DNA from: an uncultured Nitrosomonas sp.
GTDB lineage: Bacteria > Pseudomonadota > Gammaproteobacteria > Burkholderiales > Nitrosomonadaceae
DNA length: 64,000 nt
Direction of reading: 5' to 3'
Assembly (NCBI RefSeq): GCF_902826915.1
Contig: NZ_CADEGP010000001.1
Coordinates: forward strand, 2,775 to 66,774
Shown: positions 27,986 through 38,354 of the stretch, in pieces
How the letters are laid out: every line of letters begins with the position of its first letter
Position numbering within the stretch: position 1 is the first letter of the stretch
Position numbers and translations under genes: made by a program
The notes under the pieces: model-generated
The model's database searches: none
What the model saw: the letters and a program-made list of their open reading frames with translations, nothing else
What the model was told of the DNA's origin: nothing

Positions 27986-28177
27986 TTATTTTTTCAAGGC
28001 ATCACATTGATCAAGAAATGCTTGTCGTGCAGCTTCGTCGTCCTTCAAATCAGAAAGTGAGGATTCCAATCCTTTTCCCGCGCAATTGACCGAACTTGCT
28101 TCGGGTACTCCACCGCAACCGAACAGAGCGAAACAAAGGCCAATCATACAAACGATGCTATATTTTTTAAAATTCAT
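27986..28177 (-). CDS. Small lipoprotein (63 aa)
   Basis: Lipobox LFGC after a hydrophobic N-terminus. The mature part has further Cys residues in addition to the lipobox Cys. The ORF is short, so confidence is moderate. Confidence 0.5.
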   Translation of the reverse strand: MNFKKYSIVCMIGLCFALFGCGGVPEASSVNCAGKGLESSLSDLKDDEAARQAFLDQCDALKK

Positions 28178-28527
28178 CTAAAATCTTCCTTTATAAAATA
28201 TTCATTATGGCTTGATGGTGATATCCGATTTTTTAATCGTTTGACGTCGGCTCGGCCACACGAACCTAACGATTTATTTTACCTGAATCTATGCTTTTTG
28301 TATTTTTACTATGTTTTGAACCATGCAGGGTGCACTGATGACGCATCGAATATGTTCATTAGCTGTAGCTTTGTGCATTGCTACTCGGTATATTGTGCTT
28401 AATGTGCGCAGCAATCCAAAAAGCTAAACCAAAATATGATAATCTGCCTTCAAATCTGTATACTTCATAATATTTTGAGAGATTCCTATCGACTATAAGC
28501 AGTATTCAAACCCACTGGAGCAGGCCA

Positions 28528-29223
28528 ATGAAGTTTTCGATTTACCGCTATGATCCCGATAAAGATGAAAAACCATACATGCAGGATTATGATGTTCAGT
28601 TGGCAGCGACCGATAAAATGCTATTGGATGCATTATTGCGTATCAAGTCGATTGATGACAGTTTGAGTTTACGCCGCTCCTGCCGCGAAGGTGTGTGTGG
28701 ATCGGACGCGATGAATATCAACGGGCGCAACGGATTGGCGTGCATTACACCGATTAAAGGCCTGAAAGATCCGGTGGAAATACGTCCATTGCCTGGATTG
28801 CCGGTTATTCGCGACTTGATCGTGGATATGACGCAATTTTTTCAGCAATACCATTCGATTAAGCCTTATTTAATCAATAATGACCCGCCACCTGAAACGG
28901 AACGGTTGCAGTCGCCGGAAGAAAGAGCTGCTCTGGATGGCGTCTATGAGTGCATTTTATGTGCTTGTTGTACAACATCCTGTCCTTCCTTTTGGTGGAA
29001 TCCAGATAAGTTTGTCGGACCAGCTGGACTACTACAGGCCTATCGTTTTCTAGCCGATAGCCGCGATCAGGCAACCGCTGAGCGATTGGATAATCTGGAA
29101 GATCCTTATCGGCTGTTTCGCTGCCATTCCATCATGAATTGTGTAGATGCGTGCCCTAAAGGCTTGAATCCTACCCAGGCAATCGGCAAAATCAAGGACA
29201 TGATGGTCAAGAGAATGGTGTGA
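28528..29223 (+). CDS. sdhB: Succinate dehydrogenase iron-sulfur subunit
   Basis: 231 aa with three Fe-S cysteine clusters (CREGVCGSDAMNINGRNGLAC, CILCACCTTSCP, CHSIMNCVDACP). Confidence 0.95.
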   Translation: MKFSIYRYDPDKDEKPYMQDYDVQLAATDKMLLDALLRIKSIDDSLSLRRSCREGVCGSDAMNINGRNGLACITPIKGLKDPVEIRPLPGLPVIRDLIVDMTQFFQQYHSIKPYLINNDPPPETERLQSPEERAALDGVYECILCACCTTSCPSFWWNPDKFVGPAGLLQAYRFLADSRDQATAERLDNLEDPYRLFRCHSIMNCVDACPKGLNPTQAIGKIKDMMVKRMV

Positions 29224-29453
29224 AAGAATTCGAGCGCGCACTCTGGCGCTGTCGGCGTGGTATGCTTGAATTAGATATCGTGTTGCAGCGATTCATGGAT
29301 CATAATTACCGTCAACTTGATGAGACGGGGTTGCTGCAATTTGAACGATTATTGGCATTGTCGGATAATGATTTATGGGATCTGATCAGCGGAAAGCAAG
29401 TCAATTGCGACACGCAGTGGCGGTCGGTATTGGAATTACTGCAAAAGAGCTAG
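29220..29453 (+). CDS. sdhE: FAD assembly factor SdhE (YgfY family)
   Basis: 77 aa with the RCRRGMLELD (RGxxE) motif. A GTG start overlaps the sdhB stop (GTGA). Confidence 0.8.
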   Translation: MKEFERALWRCRRGMLELDIVLQRFMDHNYRQLDETGLLQFERLLALSDNDLWDLISGKQVNCDTQWRSVLELLQKS

Positions 29454-29531
29454 GTTTTGAGTGTTATTCCTTAACACTATCAATCTATTAACCATGCATA
29501 CTGTTAATATTGCAATTTGTGGAGATGTATT

Positions 29532-30833
29532 ATGGCACAAGAAGGCACAGCGACTCTGAATTTGAATAATGGTAGCGACCTTATCGAGCTGCCGGTTTTA
29601 TCCGGAACCATGGGTCCGGATGTGATCGATATTCGCAAGCTGCACGGACAGAGTGGTTTGTTCACTTATGATCCCGGTTTTTTGTCAACCGCTAGTAATA
29701 ATTCCGCGATTACTTTTATCGACGGTGATGAAGGTATTTTGTTGTATCGCGGCTATCCGATTGAGCAATTGGCGCTGCATTGTGATTTTATCGATGTATG
29801 TTACTTGTTGTTGCAGGGTGAATTACCAACACCTGAGCAAAAAAAAGAATTTGATCTTGCAATAAAAAGCCATTCCATGTTGCATGAGCAGCTGGTGAAA
29901 TTTTATAGTGGTTTTCGTCGCGACGCTCACCCGATGGCGGTGATGGTCGGAGTGGTCGGCGCTTTATCAGCTTTTTATCATGATGCTTTGAATATTTCTG
30001 ATCCGGTGCATCGTGAACAATCCGCATTGCGACTGATTGCAAAGTTGCCAACGATTACTGCTATGGCGTATAAATACAATATCGGACAACCATTTGTTTA
30101 TCCATATAATAACTTGGGTTACGCTGAGAATTTCTTGCATATGATGTTTTCTGTGCCGACAGAGAAATACGAAGCCAACCCGGTGATTGTGCGTGCGCTA
30201 GATCGGATATTGATTTTGCATGCAGATCACGAACAGAATGCTTCTACCTCCACTGTGCGCTTGGCGGGATCCAGTGGTGCTAATCCATTTGCCTGTGTAT
30301 CTGCCGGTATTTCTTGCTTGTGGGGCCCGGCACATGGCGGGGCAAACGAAGCTTGCTTGCGCATGTTGGAAGAAATCGGCGATGTTTCTCGCATTGATGA
30401 GTTTATTCAACGCGCAAAAAGCAAAGAGGATAACTTTCGGTTGATGGGTTTTGGCCATCGCGTCTATAAAAATATGGATCCGCGGGCAAAGCTGATGCGT
30501 GAAACTTGTCATGAAGTTTTGAACGAATTGGGATTGCAGAATGATCGGTTGTTCAAACTTGCGCTACAACTCGAAAAAATTGCACTGGAAGACGATTATT
30601 TCATTTCGCGTAAGCTCTATCCTAATGTCGATTTTTATTCCGGCATCGTGCAACGTGCATTGGGTATTCCAACCAGTATGTTCACCGCGATTTTTGCGAT
30701 GGCAAGAACGGTCGGTTGGGTGGCGCAATGGAGCGAGATGGTTTCTGATCCTGATTATAAAATCGGACGTCCACGTCAGTTATATACTGGCGCAGCCATG
30801 CGGGATATTCCCGACTCGTTTTCCCAAAAATAG
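29532..30833 (+). CDS. gltA: Citrate synthase (type II)
   Basis: The ATG at 29532 follows a GGAGA RBS. Conserved motifs are present ([18 protein letters not shown]). The upstream TTG extension is rejected. Confidence 0.95.
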   Translation: MAQEGTATLNLNNGSDLIELPVLSGTMGPDVIDIRKLHGQSGLFTYDPGFLSTASNNSAITFIDGDEGILLYRGYPIEQLALHCDFIDVCYLLLQGELPTPEQKKEFDLAIKSHSMLHEQLVKFYSGFRRDAHPMAVMVGVVGALSAFYHDALNISDPVHREQSALRLIAKLPTITAMAYKYNIGQPFVYPYNNLGYAENFLHMMFSVPTEKYEANPVIVRALDRILILHADHEQNASTSTVRLAGSSGANPFACVSAGISCLWGPAHGGANEACLRMLEEIGDVSRIDEFIQRAKSKEDNFRLMGFGHRVYKNMDPRAKLMRETCHEVLNELGLQNDRLFKLALQLEKIALEDDYFISRKLYPNVDFYSGIVQRALGIPTSMFTAIFAMARTVGWVAQWSEMVSDPDYKIGRPRQLYTGAAMRDIPDSFSQK

Positions 30834-30855
30834 TTTTTATTAAGACTGCCATTTT

Positions 30856-33675
30856 ATGAAAAAACTGTTGATGGAAGAAACTCTTTTGTTTGGAACTAAT
30901 GCGAGTTTCATAGAAGCGGTTTATGAAGAATATCTGCACAATCCTCATTCTGTTACATTAGTGTGGCGGGAATACTTCGATAAGTTGACCCAGCAACCGG
31001 AACACATAGCTAGTAAGGTATCAGTCACTGCTTCAGCTACTAAATCTTCCGGCTTAGGAATTCAAGCTGCGCTTCCTGAGGTAATGTCGATTGATTCAGA
31101 TGATCGCAAGCAAGTGGCGGTGTTGCAACTCATCAACATGTATCGCAGCCTAGGGCTGAATCAAGCCAATCTTGATCCGCTGGGACTCAAGCAACAATTG
31201 ACCATTCCCGAATTGAATCCTGCGCATTTCGGATTGACCGATGTGGACATGGATAAAGTGTTTAATACTGGTTCATTAGTTGGACCTGATCGTGCTTCGT
31301 TGCGTGAGATTTTGCAGATCCTGCATGAGACCTACTGCGGTTCGATTGGTGCCGAGTATATGTACATTTCTTCGGTTGAACAAAAGCGCTGGATACAAGC
31401 ACGATTGGAAGGGCAGCGCTCTAACCCGGGTTTTTCGACTGACGTTAAGTATCATATTCTTGAGCGACTCACTGCAGCAGAGGGATTGGAAAATTACCTA
31501 CATACTCGTTACGTGGGGCAGAAACGTTTCTCGGGAGAAGGTAACGAGAGTCTGATTCCATTGCTGGATAGTTTGATTCATCGTGCAGGGAAAGCGGGCA
31601 TTCAACAAATCGTAATGGGAATGGCGCATCGCGCTCGGCTTAATGTGCTGATAAATACTCTGGGAAAAATGCCAGCCGAATTATTTCGCGAATTTGAAGA
31701 AAAACAGCCGCAAGACTTGCCGTCGGGCGATGTGAAATATCACCAAGGTTTTTCTTCTGCTATCAAAACATCTGAGGGTATCGTACGTCTAGCATTGGCT
31801 TTTAATCCTTCACATCTTGAAATTGTTAATCCAGTGGTTGAGGGCTCGGTGCGTGCCCGTCAACATCTGTTAAACGATAAACTTGGGGATCGCGTATTGC
31901 CAGTATTGATTCACGGCGATGCGGCGTTTGCAGGGCAGGGCGTAGTGATGGAAACGCTGAATTTATCCCAAACTCGTGGCTATGGTACTGGTGGTACAGT
32001 GCATATTATCATTAATAATCAAATCGGATTTACCACTTCAGATCCGCGTGATAGCCGCTCCACGTTATATTGTACCGATGTTGCCAAAATGATTGAAGCG
32101 CCGATCTTTCATGTCAATGGCGATGATCCAGAAGCGGTCGTGATGGTGGCTGAACTGGCGTTTGATTTCCGCATGCGGTTTCATAAGGATGTCGTAATCG
32201 ATATGGTGTGTTTTCGTCGCCTTGGCCATAATGAGCAGGATGAGCCGATGGTGACGCAACCCAAAATGTATCGGATTATCAACCAGCACTTGGGTACTCG
32301 CAAGTGCTATGCCGATAGGTTGGTTGCCGAAGGGGTGATAAAGTCGGAGGAAGCGGACAATCTCGTCCAAGCTTATCATGGCGCTATGGATGAAGGGGTT
32401 AATCCGAACAAGACAGTTTGTTATGACTATAAATCTCCGTATTCCATTAACTGGGAGCCTTTTTTAAAACCATTCAAATGGAATAAACGGATTAAAGCCG
32501 GTGTTGCGATGCAAACGCTGAAACAGCTTGCCATAAGGCTGACCGATATTCCTCAAGGGTTCAAATTGCATTCGCGCGTGGAAAAGATTATTGCCGATCG
32601 GCGTTTGATGGGCACAGGGGAATTGTCGCTAGATTGGGGAATGGCGGAGAATCTGGCTTACGCGACTTTGCTGAAAGAAGGATATCCAGTGAGATTGTCT
32701 GGGCAGGATTCGGGCCGTGGTACATTCTTTCATCGTCACGCGGTATTGCATGACCAGGTAGCAGCGGATCAGAATGAACGTATTTATGTGCCGTTACGCC
32801 ATCTTTATCCCGAGCAACCGGATTTTGTTGTGATTGATTCGATGTTGTCGGAAGAGGCGGTGTTGGGCTTTGAGTATGGGTATGCAACAACGCAACCTAA
32901 TGAATTGATTGTCTGGGAGGCACAGTTTGGCGATTTTGCCAATGGTGCGCAGGTGGTAATCGACCAGTTTATTGCCTCAGGTGAAGCCAAGTGGGGCCGT
33001 ATCTGCGGTTTGGTGATGATGTTGCCGCATGGCTATGAAGGGCAGGGCCCCGAGCACTCTTCTGCGCGCTTGGAGCGTTTTCTACAATTATGCGCGGACT
33101 ACAATATTCAGGTTTGTGTACCATCGACACCGGCACAGATGTATCATTTGCTTCGTCGACAAATGATCAGACCGATACGTAAACCGTTGATCATCATGAG
33201 TCCAAAGAGCATGCTTCGGCACAAAGAATCGGTTTCGAGCCTGGACGAGTTGGCGCGTGGATATTTTTATCCGGTTATTTCCGAAGTCGACAAATTAGAC
33301 CCGAAAAATGTTAAGCGGATTATTGTTTGCAGCGGAAAAGTATACTATGAATTATTGGCTTACCGTAAGGAACAGCGCATCAAGGATATGGCAATCATTC
33401 GACTGGAGCAATTGTATCCATTCCCGCACGAGGAATTTCAGGCCGAAATCGATCGTTTCAGCAAGGCCAAAGATGTCATTTGGTGCCAGGAAGAACCTGG
33501 CAACCAGGGAGCATGGCATCGCATTCAGCATTATTTGTTGCGCCATATGCGATCCGATCAGGAGTTGGGTTACGCGCTGCGCGCTTCTGCAGCTTCACCG
33601 GCCGTTGGTTATCTGGCAAGGCATAAATTTACGCAGAATGAATTAATTGTGGCAGCATTCAGAGATAAAATATAG
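30856..33675 (+). CDS. sucA: 2-oxoglutarate dehydrogenase E1 component
   Basis: 939 aa with family-typical sequence throughout (for example GDVKYHQG and IHGDAAFAGQGVV). Confidence 0.95.
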   Translation: MKKLLMEETLLFGTNASFIEAVYEEYLHNPHSVTLVWREYFDKLTQQPEHIASKVSVTASATKSSGLGIQAALPEVMSIDSDDRKQVAVLQLINMYRSLGLNQANLDPLGLKQQLTIPELNPAHFGLTDVDMDKVFNTGSLVGPDRASLREILQILHETYCGSIGAEYMYISSVEQKRWIQARLEGQRSNPGFSTDVKYHILERLTAAEGLENYLHTRYVGQKRFSGEGNESLIPLLDSLIHRAGKAGIQQIVMGMAHRARLNVLINTLGKMPAELFREFEEKQPQDLPSGDVKYHQGFSSAIKTSEGIVRLALAFNPSHLEIVNPVVEGSVRARQHLLNDKLGDRVLPVLIHGDAAFAGQGVVMETLNLSQTRGYGTGGTVHIIINNQIGFTTSDPRDSRSTLYCTDVAKMIEAPIFHVNGDDPEAVVMVAELAFDFRMRFHKDVVIDMVCFRRLGHNEQDEPMVTQPKMYRIINQHLGTRKCYADRLVAEGVIKSEEADNLVQAYHGAMDEGVNPNKTVCYDYKSPYSINWEPFLKPFKWNKRIKAGVAMQTLKQLAIRLTDIPQGFKLHSRVEKIIADRRLMGTGELSLDWGMAENLAYATLLKEGYPVRLSGQDSGRGTFFHRHAVLHDQVAADQNERIYVPLRHLYPEQPDFVVIDSMLSEEAVLGFEYGYATTQPNELIVWEAQFGDFANGAQVVIDQFIASGEAKWGRICGLVMMLPHGYEGQGPEHSSARLERFLQLCADYNIQVCVPSTPAQMYHLLRRQMIRPIRKPLIIMSPKSMLRHKESVSSLDELARGYFYPVISEVDKLDPKNVKRIIVCSGKVYYELLAYRKEQRIKDMAIIRLEQLYPFPHEEFQAEIDRFSKAKDVIWCQEEPGNQGAWHRIQHYLLRHMRSDQELGYALRASAASPAVGYLARHKFTQNELIVAAFRDKI

Positions 33676-33687
33676 AAAGAGGACACC

Positions 33688-34944
33688 ATGTTAGTTGAAG
33701 TCAAAGTACCCGTGCTATCTGAATCCGTAGCTGATGCTACATTAATCTCTTGGCATAAAAAAACAGGAGATTATGTTAATCGATCAGAAAATTTGATTGA
33801 TATCGAAACCGACAAAGTCGTGCTGGAATTGCCTGCACCCAATGCGGGTGTATTGACTAAAATTCTAAAAAATGACGGCGCTATCGTAACCAGTGGTGAA
33901 GTTATCGCCATGATTGAAACCGAATCTACCGATACTAAACCTAGTCAATCGGATAATCAATCAACTACTGTTGCTGAAAAAGAAACAAAGGTTGCTCCTG
34001 AAAAAGACACAGAAGATCGTGCTGCTGAGGATATCCATCAAGAAAAACCCATGTTGATGCCGGCTGCGCGTAAGTTGGCAGAGGATAACGATCTGAAAGC
34101 CACAGAAATATCTGAGATAAAAGGCACCGGCTTAGGTGATCGTATCACCAAAGAGGATGTGCAAGCCTATATGGAACGCAGATCCAGCGTGTCCTTGAAA
34201 GTTGAATCCAAACCTGAAGCCAGTGTTACTTCCACATCAGGAGCGCGTACTGAACGTAGAGTCGCCATGTCACGACTCCGGCAACGCATTGCAGAACGTT
34301 TGGTTGAATCACAATCTACCGCAGCGATTTTGACCACCTTCAATGAAGTGAACATGCAGGCGATCATAGACTTGCGTGCACGCTACAAAACTGAATTTGA
34401 AAAGGAATATGGCGTAAAATTGGGTTTCATGTCGTTCTTCGTCAAAGCTGTTATTGCCGCGCTCAAGAAATACCCGGTTATCAACGCCTCGGTTGAGGGC
34501 AATGAGATCATCTATCACGATTTTTATGATATCGGCATTGCCATTGGCAGTCCACGTGGACTGGTAGTGCCGATCATCCGCGATGCAGATCGTTTAACGC
34601 TGGCGGAAATCGAGCTGCAGATCGCTGATTTTGCCAAGCGCGCGCAAAACGGTAAACTCAGCATTGAAGAACTTAGCGGCGGTACTTTTTCAATTACCAA
34701 CGGAGGCGTATTTGGCTCTATGTTGTCGACTCCAATCATTAATCCCCCGCAAAGCGCTATTCTCGGTATCCACGCTACTAAGGAAAGGCCCGTGGTGGAG
34801 AACGGACAAATTGTGATCCGCCCAATGAATTATCTCGCCTTGTCCTACGATCACCGGATCGTCGACGGTCGAGAAGCGGTTTTGTCGCTGGTAGCAATGA
34901 AAGAAGCGCTGGAATATCCGATGAGTCCGTTACTGGAAGAATAA
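33688..34944 (+). CDS. sucB: Dihydrolipoyllysine-residue succinyltransferase (2-oxoglutarate dehydrogenase E2)
   Basis: 418 aa with one lipoyl domain (IETDKV), a linker, an E3-binding domain, and a catalytic domain with DHRIVDG. Confidence 0.95.
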   Translation: MLVEVKVPVLSESVADATLISWHKKTGDYVNRSENLIDIETDKVVLELPAPNAGVLTKILKNDGAIVTSGEVIAMIETESTDTKPSQSDNQSTTVAEKETKVAPEKDTEDRAAEDIHQEKPMLMPAARKLAEDNDLKATEISEIKGTGLGDRITKEDVQAYMERRSSVSLKVESKPEASVTSTSGARTERRVAMSRLRQRIAERLVESQSTAAILTTFNEVNMQAIIDLRARYKTEFEKEYGVKLGFMSFFVKAVIAALKKYPVINASVEGNEIIYHDFYDIGIAIGSPRGLVVPIIRDADRLTLAEIELQIADFAKRAQNGKLSIEELSGGTFSITNGGVFGSMLSTPIINPPQSAILGIHATKERPVVENGQIVIRPMNYLALSYDHRIVDGREAVLSLVAMKEALEYPMSPLLEE

Positions 34945-35101
34945 ATAGTGCATTGCAAGTGCAATGTCCACTAGCTCACACGAGAACTTTAACCGCGTGA
35001 GATCAATTTTACGCTTGTGTTAGTAACGTGAAGTTTGACTGAAGAGTGTGTTACGTTTCAATAAGCTGATGTGGCGCAACATTTCAATTTCTTGCAGTTC
35101 C

Positions 35102-35623
35102 TCATTGCAATGGATTGACCGCAGTGCAGTGTTCGCCTATCCAGCGCCCTGATGTTTCAGCTGATGCATGTACCGGATTGCCGCCGATAGTACTATCGAA
35201 TTCGGTATTTCCCACGAAGCTTTCCGGGCTAGTAAAACTGCCTTGGGCAAAGCCATCTCCTTGAAAATGTTGATTGGAGCATACCAAATCGAGCTGATAG
35301 CGATTGCCAGTGTGAGTGGCATTTTTCACCGCGCAGCCGGAACGGTTCTCATGAAAATAAGTAGGAATTTCTTGCTTTGCCATTTCCTCGGTGATACAGA
35401 CTTTTGACGTGGCCGCGCCATTTTCTATTGCGGGTAGTTTAAGGCCGTAGCGGTTGGCGATGGTGCTGAGTTGCTGCATCTGTTCTGACGGAATATGTGG
35501 TACTAGTGCCAGAAGATCGGAGCGAGTAGTAATTTCCCATAAACCTGGACGAATGTGCTCATGTGCAACAACAGGTGTTGTGATGGTGAGTGTCAACAAA
35601 CTTGCAATAAGAATTTTACGCAT
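35102..35623 (-). CDS. DUF3617-like periplasmic protein
   Basis: 173 aa with a signal peptide followed by the PGLWEITT motif typical of DUF3617. Confidence 0.6.
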   Translation of the reverse strand: MRKILIASLLTLTITTPVVAHEHIRPGLWEITTRSDLLALVPHIPSEQMQQLSTIANRYGLKLPAIENGAATSKVCITEEMAKQEIPTYFHENRSGCAVKNATHTGNRYQLDLVCSNQHFQGDGFAQGSFTSPESFVGNTEFDSTIGGNPVHASAETSGRWIGEHCTAVNPLQ

Positions 35624-35895
35624 TAAATGTCCGTAAAGTATTTCTTGAAAAGATTAGCTTGGCAAAAGTTTTTTTAAATTGCGCCGATAAATAGCGGCTT
35701 GGATAACCAATATTGATTGCCAATTTTAGTAAGTTTAGCCGATTCGCGATTAGCTTCCCAGTATAAAAACAAGATATCCAGATTACTTGGCGGTACGGCA
35801 TATAAATTGTGGTCATATCTTTATAATAATTGATTATTTATGTTCATACTATCAACTGCTGTATATTTCACACTTTTGTTTGGGATGTAAAACAT

Positions 35896-37671
35896 ATGGA
35901 ATGGCAAGGCTGGTTTACATTGGGTTTATGTGTTGCGGTGCTGGCGACACTTATTTCTACTCGAATTGGTCCTCATTTGGTCATGATTGGAGCGCTGACG
36001 ATATTGAGTGCAACTGGGATCTTGAGTAGTTCCGATGCATTGAGCGGTTTTAGTAATTCAGGTTTGATTACAGTTGCGGGTATGTTTGTGGTGGCGGCTG
36101 GTATGCATGCTTCCGGTGCGATTGATCTGCTGGTCAACACATTATTGGGCAGACCTGCGACTTCGCGCGCAGCGCTAAATCGCATGTTTTGGCCAGTTGC
36201 ATTTTTGAGCAGCTTTCTTAACAATACGCCAGTGGTAGCCACGATGATTCCAGCAATTTATAGTTGGTCGCGGAAAATCGGAATTTCACCTTCCAAGCTT
36301 ATGATCCCGCTGAGTTATGCGGCAATTCTAGGCGGCACGGTGACGCTGATTGGAACGAGTACCAATTTGATTGTCAATGGTCAATATCAGGCACTGACCG
36401 GTGGACCGGGCTTTTCTTTATTTTCGATCACTGCGGTTGGAGTACCGGTTGCGATAGTGGGTTTTCTATACATGTGGTTATTTTTCCCTAAATTGTTGCC
36501 GGACCGCACGCAAGGCCAGGCTTTCTCCAATTTGCGTGAATTTACATTGGAAGTGTCCATTGCGCCGGACGGTCCCTTAGTCGGGAAAACAATCGAGCAG
36601 GCTGGGCTAAGACATTTGCAACGGGTTTATTTAATTGAAATTGAGCGTAACGGCATTATATTGACCGTTGTAACCGCGGATGAAGTGCTTCAAGGTGGGG
36701 ATCGTTTGGTATTTGCTGGCGACACCGACGCAATTTCTGATTTGCTCCGTATTAAGGGAATTGTGCCATCTGCCGAGGAAGGGCAAACACAAACATTTGC
36801 TGAGCGGCATCCTGAAAGGCGTCTGGTCGAAGCAGTAGTGTCACCGCATTGCACTGCGGTGGGATATGCCATCCGCGACGCGCGTTTTCGTGCCCGTTAT
36901 GGTGCTGCTGTTTTGGCTGTAGCAAGACATGGCGAGCGTATCAAAGGTAATCTCGGAAGCATTACTCTGCAAGCGGGGGATACGTTACTGCTAGAAGCAA
37001 GACCAGCCTTTGTCACTCGGCAGCGCTACAACAAGGATTTTTTGCTGATTAATGACCTGAACACAGAAGCGCCACGCCATGAACGAGCTTATGTTGCCTG
37101 GATGATTTTATTGGGCGTGATCACAGCTGCTAGCTTCGAAGTGATTACCATGCTTAATGCCGCGCTGATTGGCGGCGGATTGATGATTCTTGCCGGTTGC
37201 TGTACTGCCAATCAAGCTGAGAGAAGTCTTGATTTAAAGGTCATCATTACGATCGCAGCATCATTTTCACTGGGCATGGCGTTGGAAAAAACCGGCGTTG
37301 CTAAATTTCTTGCTGAGAATATTGTTGATCTAAGTGGAGGTACACCGTGGCTGCTGCTGATTCTGACGTACATAACCATTTCATTGTTGACCGAAGTCAT
37401 TACCAATAATGCTGCAGCGCTTTTAATGCTGCCGATTGTGTTGGAGATCACCGAAAAAGCCGATTTGAACAATACACCCTTTGTATTTGCCATCATGATG
37501 GCAGCTTCTGCTAGCTTTGCAACGCCTCTAGGATACCAAACCAATATGATGGTCTATGGGCCTGGCGAATATCGTTTTACTGATTTTCTCAAAGCTGGCG
37601 TTCCGATGAATATTGTCGCAGGTATTGTCACTATCACGGTTTTATTGATTGGGTGGCCGTTGACTAAGTGA
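35896..37671 (+). CDS. SLC13/DASS-type anion permease with two TrkA-C domains (third paralogue)
   Basis: Starts at the ATG of MEWQGWF. The architecture matches 6419..8296. The upstream in-frame extension from 35830 is not supported. Confidence 0.8.
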   Translation: MEWQGWFTLGLCVAVLATLISTRIGPHLVMIGALTILSATGILSSSDALSGFSNSGLITVAGMFVVAAGMHASGAIDLLVNTLLGRPATSRAALNRMFWPVAFLSSFLNNTPVVATMIPAIYSWSRKIGISPSKLMIPLSYAAILGGTVTLIGTSTNLIVNGQYQALTGGPGFSLFSITAVGVPVAIVGFLYMWLFFPKLLPDRTQGQAFSNLREFTLEVSIAPDGPLVGKTIEQAGLRHLQRVYLIEIERNGIILTVVTADEVLQGGDRLVFAGDTDAISDLLRIKGIVPSAEEGQTQTFAERHPERRLVEAVVSPHCTAVGYAIRDARFRARYGAAVLAVARHGERIKGNLGSITLQAGDTLLLEARPAFVTRQRYNKDFLLINDLNTEAPRHERAYVAWMILLGVITAASFEVITMLNAALIGGGLMILAGCCTANQAERSLDLKVIITIAASFSLGMALEKTGVAKFLAENIVDLSGGTPWLLLILTYITISLLTEVITNNAAALLMLPIVLEITEKADLNNTPFVFAIMMAASASFATPLGYQTNMMVYGPGEYRFTDFLKAGVPMNIVAGIVTITVLLIGWPLTK

Positions 37672-37770
37672 TTTGGATGAAAACAATTAGAGAACGAAAA
37701 AAGTGTATATTCCGTTTATTCCAAGCGATGCTGATGAATGCTTATCTAAGCTATAGGAGATTAACTGTAT

Positions 37771-38037
37771 ATGTCATTAAAAAGATCCATTAAGGAATTT
37801 GGTGCTTATTTAGGCGATAAAGAATCGCTGCTGGATAAGAATCACCCAAGAATTGCAGAAATGATCATATTACACTGGGGATATAAAGAGATTTATCAAT
37901 ATATCAATAAATTGCTCATTGTTGATAAGGATAGAGACCGACAGGGATTCCCCGTAGAAGTGCTGCAGGAAATCTATAAATTACAAGAGATACATGAAAA
38001 GCTGTTTCCCGGCTTAAAAACGTTATTAAATGGCTAA
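37771..38037 (+). CDS. Hypothetical protein (88 aa)
   Basis: ORF with a GGAG RBS (ATAGGAGATTAACTGTATATG). No recognisable motif. Confidence 0.45.
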   Translation: MSLKRSIKEFGAYLGDKESLLDKNHPRIAEMIILHWGYKEIYQYINKLLIVDKDRDRQGFPVEVLQEIYKLQEIHEKLFPGLKTLLNG

Positions 38038-38287
38038 TTGCAATATTGTTCTTGAACATGCAAATGAAAACGCAATCTTTTAGCTATTTCTCTACCAATA
38101 TCAATCACGATAGCGGATCTTATTTTTTCAGTGACTGCTGTTTCTCTGAATAAGATGAGTTTCGTATTCTGACTGATAGAGCTGCCGAATATTGCGGTAA
38201 GGCGTACTACCGAAACAGCCCTGCAAACATTAATTGACGAAAAAGAGATATAACACGGTAGAATCACTACTTTGAGCAGCCGAATCT

Positions 38288-38312
38288 GATTTGACAGTTA
38301 TTTTGTCAAATC
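38288..38312. promoter_or_regulatory. Inverted repeat GATTTGACA-N7-TGTCAAATC, 43 nt upstream of the EEP-family gene
   Basis: Perfect 9-bp arms read directly. The repeat contains a TTGACA hexamer. It is a candidate operator overlapping a promoter. Confidence 0.3.
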
Positions 38313-38354
38313 GGGGCGCGATTACTACAAGTAAGTGAATATACTTTTCAACTA

